The notes: generated by a model not told the origin, from the letters alone. Positions 1 to 10,556 are shown, numbered from the stretch's first letter. The stretch: DNA of 52,450 bases from Bacteroidales bacterium (GCA_045600905.1 JAZRYT010000069.1:1-52450), one strand, 5' to 3'. A program made the numbers and translations.

Positions 1-115
1 TGATTTCCTCGTTGAGCAACACGGTTACCAGCCCTTCGAGCACGACGAAGTCGGCCTTGTCGCGCAGCAGGTTCTTCGCCGCCCAATCGAATCTGACGTA
101 TTTTTCGGGTATCAT
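1..115 (-). CDS. Rpn family / PD-(D/E)XK nuclease-transposase-like protein, N-terminal part (runs off window)
   Basis: Manual translation from ATG at 115: MIPEKYVRFDWAAKNLLRDKADFVVLEGLVTVLLNEEI, matching the RFDWA-K-LLR-KA-F-VLEG N-terminus of Bacteroidales Rpn-like proteins; TATTTTTG promoter-like motif upstream. Confidence 0.75.
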   Translation of the reverse strand, partial: MIPEKYVRFDWAAKNLLRDKADFVVLEGLVTVLLNEEI

Positions 116-362
116 GGTTTCGCTTTTTTCGGAGCCGCAAAAATAATTATTATTTTCATTTGATTTTTTCATCGCATAGTTTTTTTCTTTTATTTATTAT
201 TTGCGGCAAAAATAACATAAAACATTAATTATACTGACGATTTTTGAAAAATTATATTACACTTTATTTAAGATTGTTATAAAACTATCTTTTGAAATTT
301 AACAATCAATAGTTAAAAAACAAACATCTGTTTGGAAGTTTTCGGGGCGCCTGCAGCGGGTT

Positions 363-407
363 AACCGCAGAGGACGCGGAGTAACGCGGAGGTTGCGCCT
401 ACGGCGC
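363..407. repeat. GC-rich REP-like element: CGC(A/G)GAG repeats plus GCGCC-TAC-GGCGC hairpin
   Basis: aaccgcagaggacgcggagtaacgcggagg followed by hairpin 395-407 in an otherwise AT-rich intergenic region. Confidence 0.5.
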
Positions 408-702
408 GGGAGACACGTTAAAATAAGGCAACTATAGACTTGTTGACCTGAAAAATTGATTCTTTATCAATTCTTGGGACAAGATTTGGCAATTGAGACG
501 TCTGCGATATTTTCTTTAGATTTTTTATTGGATTTTCAATACGATTTTAAGGAGTCTGAAAGACGACGACTTGAAAAAGGCCGGTTCGTCCGGCTATTTT
601 GGGTGGGATTTTCATTGGATTTTGGAACTTGCTTATGCGACCCCAATTGAGATGAATTGTACTTTGCACATTGTGTATGGTAAATTGAATCCGTTGGGAC
701 AT

Positions 703-727
703 AAAAAAGGGGCTTGAAAGCCCCTTT
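703..727 (-). terminator. Rho-independent terminator of the flavin oxidoreductase gene
   Basis: aaaaaaggggc-ttgaaa-gccccttt hairpin, with T-tract on the minus strand just after the stop at 732. Confidence 0.8.
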
Positions 728-731
728 ATCT

Positions 732-1985
732 TTATTTGTTGGTTCGTTTCACCGTGGTTTCAGCCTTTTCGATTTCCTTTTGGAGTTTGCAAGGAATCTG
801 GTTTTTCTCCATACATTGGTGGCACTTCATCTCGAGTGTGTACATACGCCCGATGCAGTAGTTGGAGTGGCCACAGCCGCTTTCGGTAACTTCGCCTGAT
901 TGGAGTTTGTTGACAAAATCGGTGTCGTGAACCAGGGCACGAGCCATTTGGAAGGCAACGAATCCGGAATCCAGAACTTTCTCCATATCGTCCTTCTTCA
1001 CCATACCGCCCACATAAATCAGCGGCATCTTGACAGCCTCACGGAACTTCATAGCCGTATCATAGAAATAAGCATCTTTGTAAGGCACTGTCGGAATCAT
1101 CATACGGCCGCCGATATGGAGTCCCATCTTCAGCCACCAGAAATTCTTGACATCCATATAGTATGCGAGGGTTTTCAAAGGCATAGCGCCACGCATCACC
1201 TCCATCGGGGCCTTGCTGACAAAACCTGCTGTCAGCACCAAAGCGTGCACACCGAGACGTTCGAGATCCTGTGCAACCTTGATGCATTCATCTACTTTCA
1301 TACCACTGCGGAAACCATCGTACATATTGGTCTTCACAACCACAGCCATATCGTCTTTGGCCTCTTCCATCACGCGTGTGATGACGCGACGCATAAAGCG
1401 CATACGGTTTTCCAAAGAACCGCCGTATTCGTCCTTACGATGATTGGTATAGGGTGAGAGGAACTGGCTGATGAAGTAGCCGTGTCCGGCGTGAACTTCA
1501 ATACAGTCGAAACCTGAGCGACGACACAAATCCACAGCCTTACCGAAATCATCCACAATCTGATCAATCTCCTTTATGGAGATTTTCTTGGTGAACGTAG
1601 GGGAATAGAGGTTGAAGCGTCCAGACGGAGAAAACGGTTTCTGTCCGCAGGTGGCGCGATGCGTCATATTGCCGCAATGGCCGATTTGGATGGAAGCCTT
1701 AGCGCCTTCGGCGTGGATGGCATCCGTAAGTTTCTTCAATTCAGGGACAATCTCTTCGCGCAGCCAAAGCTGTCCGTTGAAGGAAAGTCCACTACGGCTC
1801 ACAGAAGCGTATGCCACGGTGGTCATACCGATACCGCCTTTAGCGACAGCTGTATGATAGTTGAACAAATCTTCTGACGGACGGTTGTCGTAAGCCATAT
1901 TTTCAAAAGCCGCAGAACGGATGGTGCGGTTACGCAACGTAATCGGACCAATTTGACAAGGGGTAAAAATCTTTGATTCAGACAT
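732..1985 (-). CDS. NADH:flavin oxidoreductase (Old Yellow Enzyme family), possible steroid 5-beta-reductase-like
   Basis: LRNRTIRSA start, EVHAGHGYFISQFLSPYTNHRKDEYGGSLENRMRF motif, C-terminal Cys cluster. Confidence 0.9.
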   Translation of the reverse strand: MSESKIFTPCQIGPITLRNRTIRSAAFENMAYDNRPSEDLFNYHTAVAKGGIGMTTVAYASVSRSGLSFNGQLWLREEIVPELKKLTDAIHAEGAKASIQIGHCGNMTHRATCGQKPFSPSGRFNLYSPTFTKKISIKEIDQIVDDFGKAVDLCRRSGFDCIEVHAGHGYFISQFLSPYTNHRKDEYGGSLENRMRFMRRVITRVMEEAKDDMAVVVKTNMYDGFRSGMKVDECIKVAQDLERLGVHALVLTAGFVSKAPMEVMRGAMPLKTLAYYMDVKNFWWLKMGLHIGGRMMIPTVPYKDAYFYDTAMKFREAVKMPLIYVGGMVKKDDMEKVLDSGFVAFQMARALVHDTDFVNKLQSGEVTESGCGHSNYCIGRMYTLEMKCHQCMEKNQIPCKLQKEIEKAETTVKRTNK

Positions 1986-1989
1986 AATA

Positions 1990-2082
1990 TAATGTGTTAA
2001 TGCGATAATGCGATAATGCGATAATGCGATAATGTGCTACGCAGTCATATTAAATTGTAACTTGAAACTTGAAACCTGAAAC
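1990..2082. repeat. Octamer tandem array (TAATG[C/T]GN x6, 1990-2037), short core, then heptamers (CTTGAAA/CCTGAAA x3)
   Basis: taatgtgt taatgcga x4 taatgtgc; cttgaaa cttgaaa cctgaaa. Confidence 0.85.
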
Positions 2083-2083
2083 T

Positions 2084-2860
2084 CTATTCCGGTAGTTTGG
2101 CAAAGATTCTTCGAGCGGTGGCAGTGGTTTGGTCAGCGATGGTTTCCAGGGAGACATTGAAGATTTCCGAGAGTTTTTGAGCGATGATGGGGATATAGGA
2201 ACTTTCGTTCGGTTTCCCGCGATGTGGCACGGGAGCCATATAGGGAGCATCTGTTTCCAAGACGATATGTTCCAAGCCGATTTGCGGCAAGAGTTCTTGT
2301 AATTTGTTGTTCTTGAAAGTGACGACACCGCCGACACCCAACGCGAAACCATGCTTGACTGCCCACTCGGCTTCCTGTATGCCGCCGGAGAAACAGTGCA
2401 TCACACCGGTAAGTTCGCCATCTTTGAACTGTTGCAGAATACGGATGGCATCGGGATAGGCATTGCGAATGTGCAGGGATAGAGGCATCTGTCTATCGCG
2501 TGCCCAACAAAGTTGGCGATAAAAAACTTCCTGCTGTTGTTTCTCAAATGTTCTATCCCAATAATAGTCCAGGCCAATCTCCCCTATTCCAATAACATTG
2601 TCATCCTTGATATGGGATTCCAACAAGGCGAGTTCCTCTTCAAAATTCTCTTTGGTGTCCTCCGGGTGCAGACCGACAAGGGCAAACATATTGTCGGGGA
2701 ACAGGGTCACAGCCTCATTGATTTGCGCAGGGGTCTGGCTGTTCACACAGCCCAAGATCATCCGCGTCACGTCATTGTCGATGGCGCGTTGCACCACTTC
2801 CTCGAAATTGTCGGGGTAGCTTTCGCGATAAATATGGGTATGTGTGTCTATAAAATACAT
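2084..2860 (-). CDS. tatD: TatD family hydrolase/DNase
   Basis: FIDTHTH, GLHP, GIGEIGLDYYW, MHCFSG, LETDAPY motifs. Confidence 0.95.
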   Translation of the reverse strand: MYFIDTHTHIYRESYPDNFEEVVQRAIDNDVTRMILGCVNSQTPAQINEAVTLFPDNMFALVGLHPEDTKENFEEELALLESHIKDDNVIGIGEIGLDYYWDRTFEKQQQEVFYRQLCWARDRQMPLSLHIRNAYPDAIRILQQFKDGELTGVMHCFSGGIQEAEWAVKHGFALGVGGVVTFKNNKLQELLPQIGLEHIVLETDAPYMAPVPHRGKPNESSYIPIIAQKLSEIFNVSLETIADQTTATARRIFAKLPE

Positions 2861-2869
2861 AGTCGCCGA

Positions 2870-3388
2870 TTAATTAAAACGATATCTAACGCCTAAGGCA
2901 ATGCCGTAAAAATCGCCCAAATACAGTCTGCCGTCGCCATCAGGTATCAATCCGAAGATGTTCACCATAGGGCGATAATCTATACTGATGTTTAATGGGA
3001 ATTTGAATTGGTATTCCAATCCGACTTGGGCACCGACATTCAATTTGACAGGCGTATTTCCGTGATAGTTACTCCAATAGAATCCGAGACCGGCACCAGG
3101 TCCCACATACCAGTTCAATCCGCCGGTGATATTCATCACCCAATCGAACATGCAGGTAAGGTCAATGGAGCCGAAAGAATAGGGCTCGCCGGTTTTCCTG
3201 TCGTATCTGACAACATAATTGGACACACCGGCGGTGATATCCAACATATTGTTGGAGAGGACGGAATGCTGGTAAGAAAAGTCTATATTGCCCCCTAATC
3301 TGGCACCGATGGCGCGAGGTTGGGCCTTTGCAACCGTCAGGCACAATATCGGAAGCAGCAATATCAAAAAGAATTTTTTACAGTTCAT
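2870..3388 (-). CDS. Small outer-membrane beta-barrel protein
   Basis: Signal peptide, AIGARLG, alternating beta strands, C-terminal GVRYRF beta-signal. Confidence 0.75.
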   Translation of the reverse strand: MNCKKFFLILLLPILCLTVAKAQPRAIGARLGGNIDFSYQHSVLSNNMLDITAGVSNYVVRYDRKTGEPYSFGSIDLTCMFDWVMNITGGLNWYVGPGAGLGFYWSNYHGNTPVKLNVGAQVGLEYQFKFPLNISIDYRPMVNIFGLIPDGDGRLYLGDFYGIALGVRYRFN

Positions 3389-3440
3389 ATAAATGATTTA
3401 TTGTAACAAATATATATATGTTAAAAGACGTTAACCCACC

Positions 3441-3473
3441 AAAAAAAGAAGCATCTTTCCGAGGAAAGATGCT
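3441..3473 (-). terminator. Rho-independent terminator after atpF
   Basis: agcatctttcc-ga-ggaaagatgct inverted repeat with T-tract on the minus strand. Confidence 0.85.
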
Positions 3474-3493
3474 CATATAAAGAGTATGTGCTA

Positions 3494-3988
3494 CTAGTTC
3501 AAATTAGTTTCATTGACCCATTTTTCAATGAGAGCTTCTTGTTTTTGTTTATCAGACAATTCCTGTTTGATAACTTTTTCAGCGATTTCGATAGAGAGGT
3601 TGGCGATTTCGTTTTTGACATCGGTAATAGCCTTCATCTTTTCGAAATAGATGGCTTTTTTAGCATCTTCCACAATAGCTTGAGCTTCAGCATCGGCTTT
3701 CTGCTTAGCGGATTCCTGCATATTGGTGCTAATCTTGCGGGCTTCAGCGAGGATGCCGTCGCGTTCTGCTTTGGCCTGAGCCAGCATTTCATCGTGCTTG
3801 AGGTTCAGTGTTTCCAATTCTGCGTGCACGCGGGCTGCTTCATCCAACTGGTCTTGGATTTTCTTATTACGGTTGGCGATACCTTTTGTAATGACCGGCC
3901 AAGCGAATTTTGCCAAGATGAAGAACAGAATGCCGAAACCGATGAGCATCCAAAAGATTAGTCCAAAAGACGGTTTTATGAGTTCCAT
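3494..3988 (-). CDS. atpF: F0F1 ATP synthase subunit b
   Basis: MELIKPSFGLIFW, N-terminal TM, FAWP, long coiled coil; follows atpE. Confidence 0.95.
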   Translation of the reverse strand: MELIKPSFGLIFWMLIGFGILFFILAKFAWPVITKGIANRNKKIQDQLDEAARVHAELETLNLKHDEMLAQAKAERDGILAEARKISTNMQESAKQKADAEAQAIVEDAKKAIYFEKMKAITDVKNEIANLSIEIAEKVIKQELSDKQKQEALIEKWVNETNLN

Positions 3989-4029
3989 ATTAGTTTATAT
4001 TATAATCTTTAAAAATAATCTACAATAAA

Positions 4030-4064
4030 GTAAGGTTCCACTGCCAACCGCAGGGGAACCTTAC
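4030..4064 (-). other. Intergenic stem-loop between atpE and atpF
   Basis: gtaaggttcc(a)ctgc-caacc-gcag(g)ggaaccttac inverted repeat. Confidence 0.7.
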
Positions 4065-4069
4065 GATAA

Positions 4070-4324
4070 TTACTTAATGGCAATCAGCAGACAAACCACG
4101 ATAGCGAACAAAGCGACACCTTCGATCAAGGCGGCTGCCAAGATCATATTGGTACGGATATCGCCAGCTACTTCGGGTTGACGAGCGATAGCAGACATAG
4201 CGTCTTTACCGATGTTACCGATACCGAGACCTGCACCGATTGCTGCGAGACCTGCACCGATACCTGCGCCGATATAGCCGACTGCTACAGAAGCTGCTTG
4301 CATTAAAACTGTTAAAAGTGACAT
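4070..4324 (-). CDS. atpE: F0F1 ATP synthase subunit c
   Basis: Gly-rich helix, ARQPE loop, ion-binding Glu in LIEGVALF. Confidence 0.97.
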   Translation of the reverse strand: MSLLTVLMQAASVAVGYIGAGIGAGLAAIGAGLGIGNIGKDAMSAIARQPEVAGDIRTNMILAAALIEGVALFAIVVCLLIAIK

Positions 4325-4353
4325 AATGAGTTAATTTAAATGAATAAATAAGG

Positions 4354-5472
4354 TTATTTTACTATTTCGGGTTTTTCTTCGTTACCGCAGGCCATACCGA
4401 TATAGATGGCGCTCAGCAGGGTGAACACGAAGGCTTGGATAAAGGCGACCAGCAATTCGAGGCAGCCCATAAAGATATAGAAGAACACGGACACGACGGA
4501 CACGCCATAACCGATGGCGGGTGCCATTTGTCCGAAAATGAATATCAGTGAAATGAAGCCGAGCACGATGATGTGTCCAGCCGTGATGTTGGCGAAGAGT
4601 CGCACCATCAGGACGAACGGTTTGGTGAAAACACCCATCAATTCCACGAACGGCATAATTGGCAATGGGATCTTGAGCCACCAGGGCACGCCCGGCGTAT
4701 TGACGATATCGACCCAGTATTCCTTGCCGGCGGAGAATTGCGTCACAAAGAACGTAATCAACGCGAGAATACCGGTGACGGCGATATTACCTGTAAGGTT
4801 GGCACCACCCGGAAATACCGGAATGAGGCCCATCAGGTTGTTCAACAGGATAAAGAAGAACAGCGTCAGCAGGTACGGGGTATATTTTTCAGCCTTATCG
4901 CCCAAAGAAGGATTGATGACTTCGTCTTGGAGGAAAACGATGACGGGTTCCACGAGGGCCTGCAGGCCGCGCGGTGCTTCGTCAGGATGACGTTTATAGG
5001 ATTTTGCCACAGACAGGAAAATCCACGCAATGAGAACCAGTGAAATCAAGAGCGCGCAAACGTTTTTCGTAATGGAGAGGTTGTATTTGCAGACGTGGTC
5101 AACAGCATACGTTCCACCTTCCTCGAGATGTCCGGTGTAATCGTCCTGCAGTTTGACGATGGAGCCCTTCTGTTCGCCCCACCCCATAGCATAACCGTTA
5201 TAGGCAGCCTCGCCGTGATGCAGCTTGTTGGACATAAAAGTCACCAAATGGCCATTGTCAACCAAGATGATCGGGAGAGGAATGGTAACGCTCTTGTCAC
5301 CGTCGCCACATATATGCCAACCATAGCTGTCCGTAACGTGTTCTATGATAAAAGGACCTGCGTCGAAAGGTTTATCTTCTTTTTCGGCGGCTTTCAGAGT
5401 ATTGGAGGAAATCACCAACAAGAGCGCCGTGAAAATCATCCAAATAGAGAGTTTATGGTTTTTGTAATCCAT
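4354..5472 (-). CDS. atpB: F0F1 ATP synthase subunit a (Bacteroidetes long form)
   Basis: LMVRLFANITAGH, ELLVAFIQAFVFTLLSAIYI. Confidence 0.97.
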   Translation of the reverse strand: MDYKNHKLSIWMIFTALLLVISSNTLKAAEKEDKPFDAGPFIIEHVTDSYGWHICGDGDKSVTIPLPIILVDNGHLVTFMSNKLHHGEAAYNGYAMGWGEQKGSIVKLQDDYTGHLEEGGTYAVDHVCKYNLSITKNVCALLISLVLIAWIFLSVAKSYKRHPDEAPRGLQALVEPVIVFLQDEVINPSLGDKAEKYTPYLLTLFFFILLNNLMGLIPVFPGGANLTGNIAVTGILALITFFVTQFSAGKEYWVDIVNTPGVPWWLKIPLPIMPFVELMGVFTKPFVLMVRLFANITAGHIIVLGFISLIFIFGQMAPAIGYGVSVVSVFFYIFMGCLELLVAFIQAFVFTLLSAIYIGMACGNEEKPEIVK

Positions 5473-5577
5473 ACGAAATCAAATAGTTATATTAATAGAT
5501 TGCCGCTTCCCGATTTTTTTCGAAAAGCGGCGCAATATACGATATTTTTCTACTCCTGTTCTTTGAAAAAAATATAG

Positions 5578-5585
5578 TACGTTTG
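5578..5585 (+). promoter_or_regulatory. Bacteroidetes sigma-A -7 element (TACGTTTG) for the chromate transporter pair
   Basis: Matches TAnnTTTG, about 21 nt before the TTG start at 5607. Confidence 0.6.
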
Positions 5586-5606
5586 CGGCTTCAAAAAACA
5601 GGCATT

Positions 5607-6158
5607 TTGAAACAGTTATTCGAACTCTTTTGGTCATTTTTCAAAATCGGGACTTTCACCATCGGCGGCGGTTACGCGATGATTCCGCTAATGGAGAAAG
5701 AGCTTGTGGAACGTCGCCAATGGCTTGATCGCGAGACATTTATGGACATTCTATCCATCGCCCAGGCCATGCCGGGAGTTTTCGCGGTGAATATGGCCAC
5801 GAACATCGGATACCGTCTCAAAGGTGTGCGCGGGGCCGTCTCCGCGGTCGTCGGCAACATCCTCGTTCCCATCCTCATCATCTTGGGATTTGCCACCTGC
5901 TTCCACTATCTGCGTGGCAATGAGACCTTTGAAGCCATCTTCAAGGGTGTGCGCCCCGCCGTGGTCGCGCTCATCGCCGCACCCGTGTTCAAAATGGCCA
6001 AAACCGCCAAACTTAGCTGGCACAACTGCTGGATACCGGTTGTGGCCGTCGCTCTGATTTGGCTGCTCGGCGTTTCACCCTCGTGGATAGTGCTCGCTGC
6101 CATCATCGGCGGACTGCTATACGGCTTCCTCCAAAGCAGAAAGGAGGAACAACAATGA
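5607..6158 (+). CDS. Chromate transporter, short-chain CHR subunit 1
   Basis: FFKIGTFTIGGGYAMIP, AQAMPG; start moved to TTG 5607 because the ORF-track start lies in the promoter motif. Confidence 0.9.
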   Translation: MKQLFELFWSFFKIGTFTIGGGYAMIPLMEKELVERRQWLDRETFMDILSIAQAMPGVFAVNMATNIGYRLKGVRGAVSAVVGNILVPILIILGFATCFHYLRGNETFEAIFKGVRPAVVALIAAPVFKMAKTAKLSWHNCWIPVVAVALIWLLGVSPSWIVLAAIIGGLLYGFLQSRKEEQQ

Positions 6159-6736
6159 TATTCTGGCAGCTCTTCATCACCTTCCTGAAAATCGGCATCC
6201 TCACCTTCGGGGGCGGCTACGCGATGATTGCCCTGATACAGAACGAAGTAGTGGTCAAAAACGGCTGGATGACCGCCCAGGAATTCACCGACATCGTGGC
6301 CACCTCACAAATCACTCCAGGACCTGTGGGTATCAACACAGCGACCTACGCGGGGTACACCGCCGTGGTCAACTCCGGATATTCGGAATGGCTCGGCGTG
6401 GCGGGCTCCTTCCTCGCCTCCTTCGCCGTCATCCTCCTCCCCTTCCTGCTGATGATTCTCATCAGCCGCTATCTGATAAAGCACAAAGACAACCCCGTCA
6501 TTGCCACGATGCTTTCCATTCTGCGCTTAGCCATAGTGGGACTGATTGCCGCCGCAGCACTGTTGCTGGCCTCCTCCGAGAACTTCGGTTCGCCCAAAGA
6601 AAGCACCTTCCAATTCGTATGCAGCATCGTGCTGTTCCTCGCCGTCTTCGTCAGCTCCTTCAAATTCAAGCTCAGCCCCATCCTGCTCATTCTGCTGAGC
6701 GGTGTCGCAGGATTTTTATTGTATGGGATTGGGTAG
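6155..6736 (+). CDS. Chromate transporter, short-chain CHR subunit 2
   Basis: FLKIGILTFGGGYAMI, SQITPGPVGINTATY; ATGA overlap with the upstream gene. Confidence 0.9.
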   Translation: MIFWQLFITFLKIGILTFGGGYAMIALIQNEVVVKNGWMTAQEFTDIVATSQITPGPVGINTATYAGYTAVVNSGYSEWLGVAGSFLASFAVILLPFLLMILISRYLIKHKDNPVIATMLSILRLAIVGLIAAAALLLASSENFGSPKESTFQFVCSIVLFLAVFVSSFKFKLSPILLILLSGVAGFLLYGIG

Positions 6737-6745
6737 TTTACTGAA

Positions 6746-7537
6746 TTACAGATTCTCCTTCTCGATGTCTTTGAAGTATTTCACAGTGCCGTAGGTCATC
6801 TCGTCACAAGCAGCATCATCACAGACGATAATGCCCTTGGGATGGAGTTGGAGCACACTCACCGTCCACATCTGGCTTACAGCGCCTTCAATAGCCTTTG
6901 CCAAAGCGCGTGCCTTGCCGTGGCCGTTAGCCAAAATCATCACCTCACGCGCATCCATTACGGTGCCTACCCCAACTGTCAGAGCCGTCTTGGGCACTTT
7001 GTTGACATCATTGTCGAAGAAACGTGAATTGGCGATAATGGTGTCCGTTGTGAGCGTTTTCACGCGCGTACGGGAAGTCAGGGAAGAACCGGGCTCATTA
7101 AAAGCGATATGACCATCCGGTCCAATGCCTCCCATAAAGAGGTCTATACCACCGAAGGATTTGATTTTGTCCTCGTATCGTTGGCATTCAGCCTCCAAGT
7201 CTTCAGCATTGCCGTTCAAAATGTTGACATTTTCTTTCTTTATATCTATATGGCTGAAAAAGTTGTTCCACATAAAGGAATGGTAACTTTCAGGATGGTC
7301 TTCAGCGATTTTAACGTATTCGTCCATATTGAACGTGACCACGTTTTTAAAGGAAATCTTGCCTTCCTTATTCAAACGAACTAACTCGCGGTACGTTCCA
7401 ATGGGTGTGGAACCGGTAGGCAGACCCAGCACAAAAGGCTTATCCTCTGTGGGATTTAAAGCATTGATTCTTTCCACAATATGGTTGGCAGCCCAACGGG
7501 ACATTTCATCATAATTTTTTTCAATAATAACTCTCAT
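6746..7537 (-). CDS. nagB: Glucosamine-6-phosphate deaminase
   Basis: [33 protein letters not shown]; start MRVIIEK at 7537. Confidence 0.97.
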   Translation of the reverse strand: MRVIIEKNYDEMSRWAANHIVERINALNPTEDKPFVLGLPTGSTPIGTYRELVRLNKEGKISFKNVVTFNMDEYVKIAEDHPESYHSFMWNNFFSHIDIKKENVNILNGNAEDLEAECQRYEDKIKSFGGIDLFMGGIGPDGHIAFNEPGSSLTSRTRVKTLTTDTIIANSRFFDNDVNKVPKTALTVGVGTVMDAREVMILANGHGKARALAKAIEGAVSQMWTVSVLQLHPKGIIVCDDAACDEMTYGTVKYFKDIEKENL

Positions 7538-7569
7538 AGTACTATAATTAAAAGGGTTAATGGTTCGAT

Positions 7570-9768
7570 TTATAAAAATTTCCGACAAAGTTGAATGAAC
7601 TCCTCGGTTTCTTTACGAATTTGCTGTACAAATCCGACATCGTCAATAGTGCCGACGACCGCAATTTTTTCCTCCTCGTTGCGGAAAGTGGCGTTGCGAA
7701 TCGGGTTGTCATAGTCTTTTTTGCGTGTATCATACACTTGGTCGCAGATAAACTGCTGGACCTCGATGGCTTTTTCTATGCATTCTTTCCAAATTGCCGG
7801 TGTAAGCACGCGCGATTTGCCTATGTAAAGGAAGCGCAGGGAAGAGAAAGCGTGGCGCAGTTTCTCCATCGGATAGCGTTCCCAAATCTCATTATATCTT
7901 TGGTGGATTTCGTTCCAATTGTTCAACACGCCTTCACGAATATCCTGGCGCAGTTTTTCGACATCGTCACCATTGACCAACTGGCCGCCCAGGTTAATCC
8001 ACTCGCGTTGCTCCTTGCTGCGAAGCTCCTCGCAAAGGGCATCAAAGGAAACTTCCGGATTGGTATCCAAATAGCGAATCAAATTCTTGACAGCGTAATA
8101 GAGCAGCATATCCCCGTACGCGCGATAGGCTTCGCAATGCTTGAGAATGTGAACTTTACGTTTCCCGCATTCCATTCCCTCGCCATAAACGGTCAGCTTC
8201 TTAGCTGTCTCCGGGTCGTTGACGAGAAGGTTGCGGCCGATCTCGCGCAATTCCATCGCGGACATCGCCTTATCATACTGATTGAGCGAGATAAGGTAAG
8301 CCTTGCCCGTCCATTTTTCCAAAAGTTTGCGGGCTTCGATAGCCTCCTCCATCGTATCAGGAGCCAGGGTTTCAAACTCAATATTCTGGATTTTACGTTT
8401 GCGCCTGTCGCGTTTCTGATATTTGGACGTATTACGGGCGATAGCATACATATTGTACATCCACCAATAGGCGGGCATCACCTCCAACTCATTGGTATGC
8501 TGATTATTGTTCACCAGACTAAACGGGAGCATAATGTTCATCTCGTGCGGATAGTCGGCTTTGGACAGCAGCGTAAAGGAAGCGAACTTGGAGGAATGTT
8601 TGATGCTGGAGCAGAGTCCGGGCCAGAAACCACGGCTGGCCACGATTTCGCCATCGGTGGCACGGCTGTTATGGTTGGAGCCTATAGTGGCGCCGGCGGC
8701 CATATTACTCTGTCCCATCACGCAAGCGGCGATAAGGAACGAGTTGTTGTGGTGCTGCTCGTGCGACGGGAAAATCAGGTTGTTGAGCACCTCGCAACAG
8801 GAAATCGTGGAGTTGTCGCCGAGCACAGAATAAATCAGGCGTGCGCCGTACTTGAGGTTGCAGTTGTCGCCCAAGACAAAACGGGTGGCCACCACGGAAT
8901 AGAAGATGTGGCAGCCGTAGCCGGTAATGCCGTTCACCAGAATGACACCCTCGCCAATCTGCGTAGGCTCGGATTTTGAGGAGTTAATCGTAACGTTTTT
9001 GAGCTTGGACGCGCCTTTGATATAGCAGCACGGCCCGACTTTGGCATCCTTCAAAATCCAACAGTTCTTAATCACACAGCCTTCGCCGATGGTTCCGTAA
9101 TAGCCACGGCGATTATCAAAGGAAGATTGGGTAATGTCGAACAGGCGCTGCTGCAACTGCTTGTCATCCGCATATTTAGCCCATAGATAGGCATCCGCGG
9201 TAATCATTCCGTCAAAAGGCAGGATACGGCGTCCGCCCGCCTCATTCATCACTTCCAGCCAGACACGCACGTCTTCTTTCTCCCCTTCCTTTAGAATACC
9301 ATTGCCGAATTTCGAATGGTCGGTGGTGGAAAGTTCCTGAATATTAAACAGAATGCAGCGGTCACCGATAATGTAATTGGCCATATAGTGGACATCGTGG
9401 ATAGCCACGTCATTGCCTATATCGCAGGAAACGATGCTGCTGTCCGTAATGCCCACGGGCAGGCGCAAATCGTGGTATTGCAGGATTTCGTTGCGAATAC
9501 GGCCAATACGCACCATTCCGAAAAAGCGGTTGTTTTTGACCATATTGGTGTCAAAATCATCGGTCACCCAGATGTCATCCCAATTGGTCGCGGTGTTGGC
9601 ATTCTTCACTAAATTTTCCACCTCGCTGGAGCGCAGATGGCGCCAACCGCCTTTGGGCTTCTTCACCTGCTTGTTCCTAAAATAATATTCATCGTAATTA
9701 TGCAGGAACTTTTCATCTATAAAGTTCTTACAGATTTTATCGTACGATAAGATGGTAACTTCATCCAT
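7570..9768 (-). CDS. DUF4954 family protein (hexapeptide/left-handed beta-helix-like)
   Basis: 732 aa with IG.GC.I-type hexapeptide repeats, [11 protein letters not shown] and [11 protein letters not shown] motifs. Confidence 0.75.
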   Translation of the reverse strand: MDEVTILSYDKICKNFIDEKFLHNYDEYYFRNKQVKKPKGGWRHLRSSEVENLVKNANTATNWDDIWVTDDFDTNMVKNNRFFGMVRIGRIRNEILQYHDLRLPVGITDSSIVSCDIGNDVAIHDVHYMANYIIGDRCILFNIQELSTTDHSKFGNGILKEGEKEDVRVWLEVMNEAGGRRILPFDGMITADAYLWAKYADDKQLQQRLFDITQSSFDNRRGYYGTIGEGCVIKNCWILKDAKVGPCCYIKGASKLKNVTINSSKSEPTQIGEGVILVNGITGYGCHIFYSVVATRFVLGDNCNLKYGARLIYSVLGDNSTISCCEVLNNLIFPSHEQHHNNSFLIAACVMGQSNMAAGATIGSNHNSRATDGEIVASRGFWPGLCSSIKHSSKFASFTLLSKADYPHEMNIMLPFSLVNNNQHTNELEVMPAYWWMYNMYAIARNTSKYQKRDRRKRKIQNIEFETLAPDTMEEAIEARKLLEKWTGKAYLISLNQYDKAMSAMELREIGRNLLVNDPETAKKLTVYGEGMECGKRKVHILKHCEAYRAYGDMLLYYAVKNLIRYLDTNPEVSFDALCEELRSKEQREWINLGGQLVNGDDVEKLRQDIREGVLNNWNEIHQRYNEIWERYPMEKLRHAFSSLRFLYIGKSRVLTPAIWKECIEKAIEVQQFICDQVYDTRKKDYDNPIRNATFRNEEEKIAVVGTIDDVGFVQQIRKETEEFIQLCRKFL

Positions 9769-10004
9769 ACTCTTTGACTTTTCAAAAAAAAAGCAAAAGT
9801 ATAAAAAGTTGAAAATGAGACTATGTTAAAAATGTTAAAATGTAAACTATGAATAGTTTATAGTTTCAAGAGAATTTATGAACAGTTCGGGGGTTCTAGT
9901 AGAGTCTGTGGTGAGGGGATGTGCCTCAGAAAAGATTTGAAAATCAACAGTTAAGAATCAAAGGATGCCTGCTAAGCATCATAACTTCATTACAACATTG
10001 CACA

Positions 10005-10556
10005 TTATCCTCTGTCTTCCAGATTAAATTGCCCTTTGTTGTAACCGACCATACCTCTATAGTATTCCTCTATCTCCACCATATCTTTGGCATAGTCACC
10101 AGTGGGATAGAAAAGTTTGCCGATGCCCAACGTCCTGCTACGGAAATCGATGTGGCTCAATCCAATAGGGACGTTGGCACCAAGCGCAATCTGATAAAAA
10201 CCGCGTTTCCATTTTTCCACTCTTTTGCGTGTTCCTTCCGGACAGATGATGAGATGCACTTCATCTCTTTCTTTCACAACATTCGTGGCAAATTCCGCGA
10301 AATGCAAGGCGTGCGCCCTATCCACGGGCACGCAGCCCATAGCTTTGAGAATGTATTTCACGGGAAAGACGAAGAATTCCTTTTTCATCACCATCACCAT
10401 TTTGAGTTTCAGATAGCGAATCATCATCAACCCTAGGAAGAAATCCACAACGGAGGTGTGCGGAGCCATAATGACAACGCATTTTTTCTCTGTAAAAGGA
10501 TGGATTCCAATTGGTTTGAATCCGCAAATACGCATTAACAAATAGTGAATCGACAT
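10005..10556 (-). CDS. Lysophospholipid/glycerol acyltransferase (PlsC-like)
   Basis: APHTSVVD (HX4D) and PEGTR motifs. Confidence 0.9.
   Translation of the reverse strand: MSIHYLLMRICGFKPIGIHPFTEKKCVVIMAPHTSVVDFFLGLMMIRYLKLKMVMVMKKEFFVFPVKYILKAMGCVPVDRAHALHFAEFATNVVKERDEVHLIICPEGTRKRVEKWKRGFYQIALGANVPIGLSHIDFRSRTLGIGKLFYPTGDYAKDMVEIEEYYRGMVGYNKGQFNLEDRG

Noticed and set aside
456-650. 64-aa ORF in the left intergenic region
   Set aside because: TTG start, no recognisable motif, low-complexity AT-rich sequence
4070-4324. Possible Na+-coupled ATP synthase
   Set aside because: Subunit c has EGVALF, not the Q...ES(T)..Y sodium signature; ordinary H+ type
7591-8979. Long antisense ORFs (also 10589-11494, 12341-13231, 24704-25636, 38761-39894, 45729-46964)
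   Set aside because: Shadows of well-supported genes on the opposite strand, explained by codon bias; no motifs
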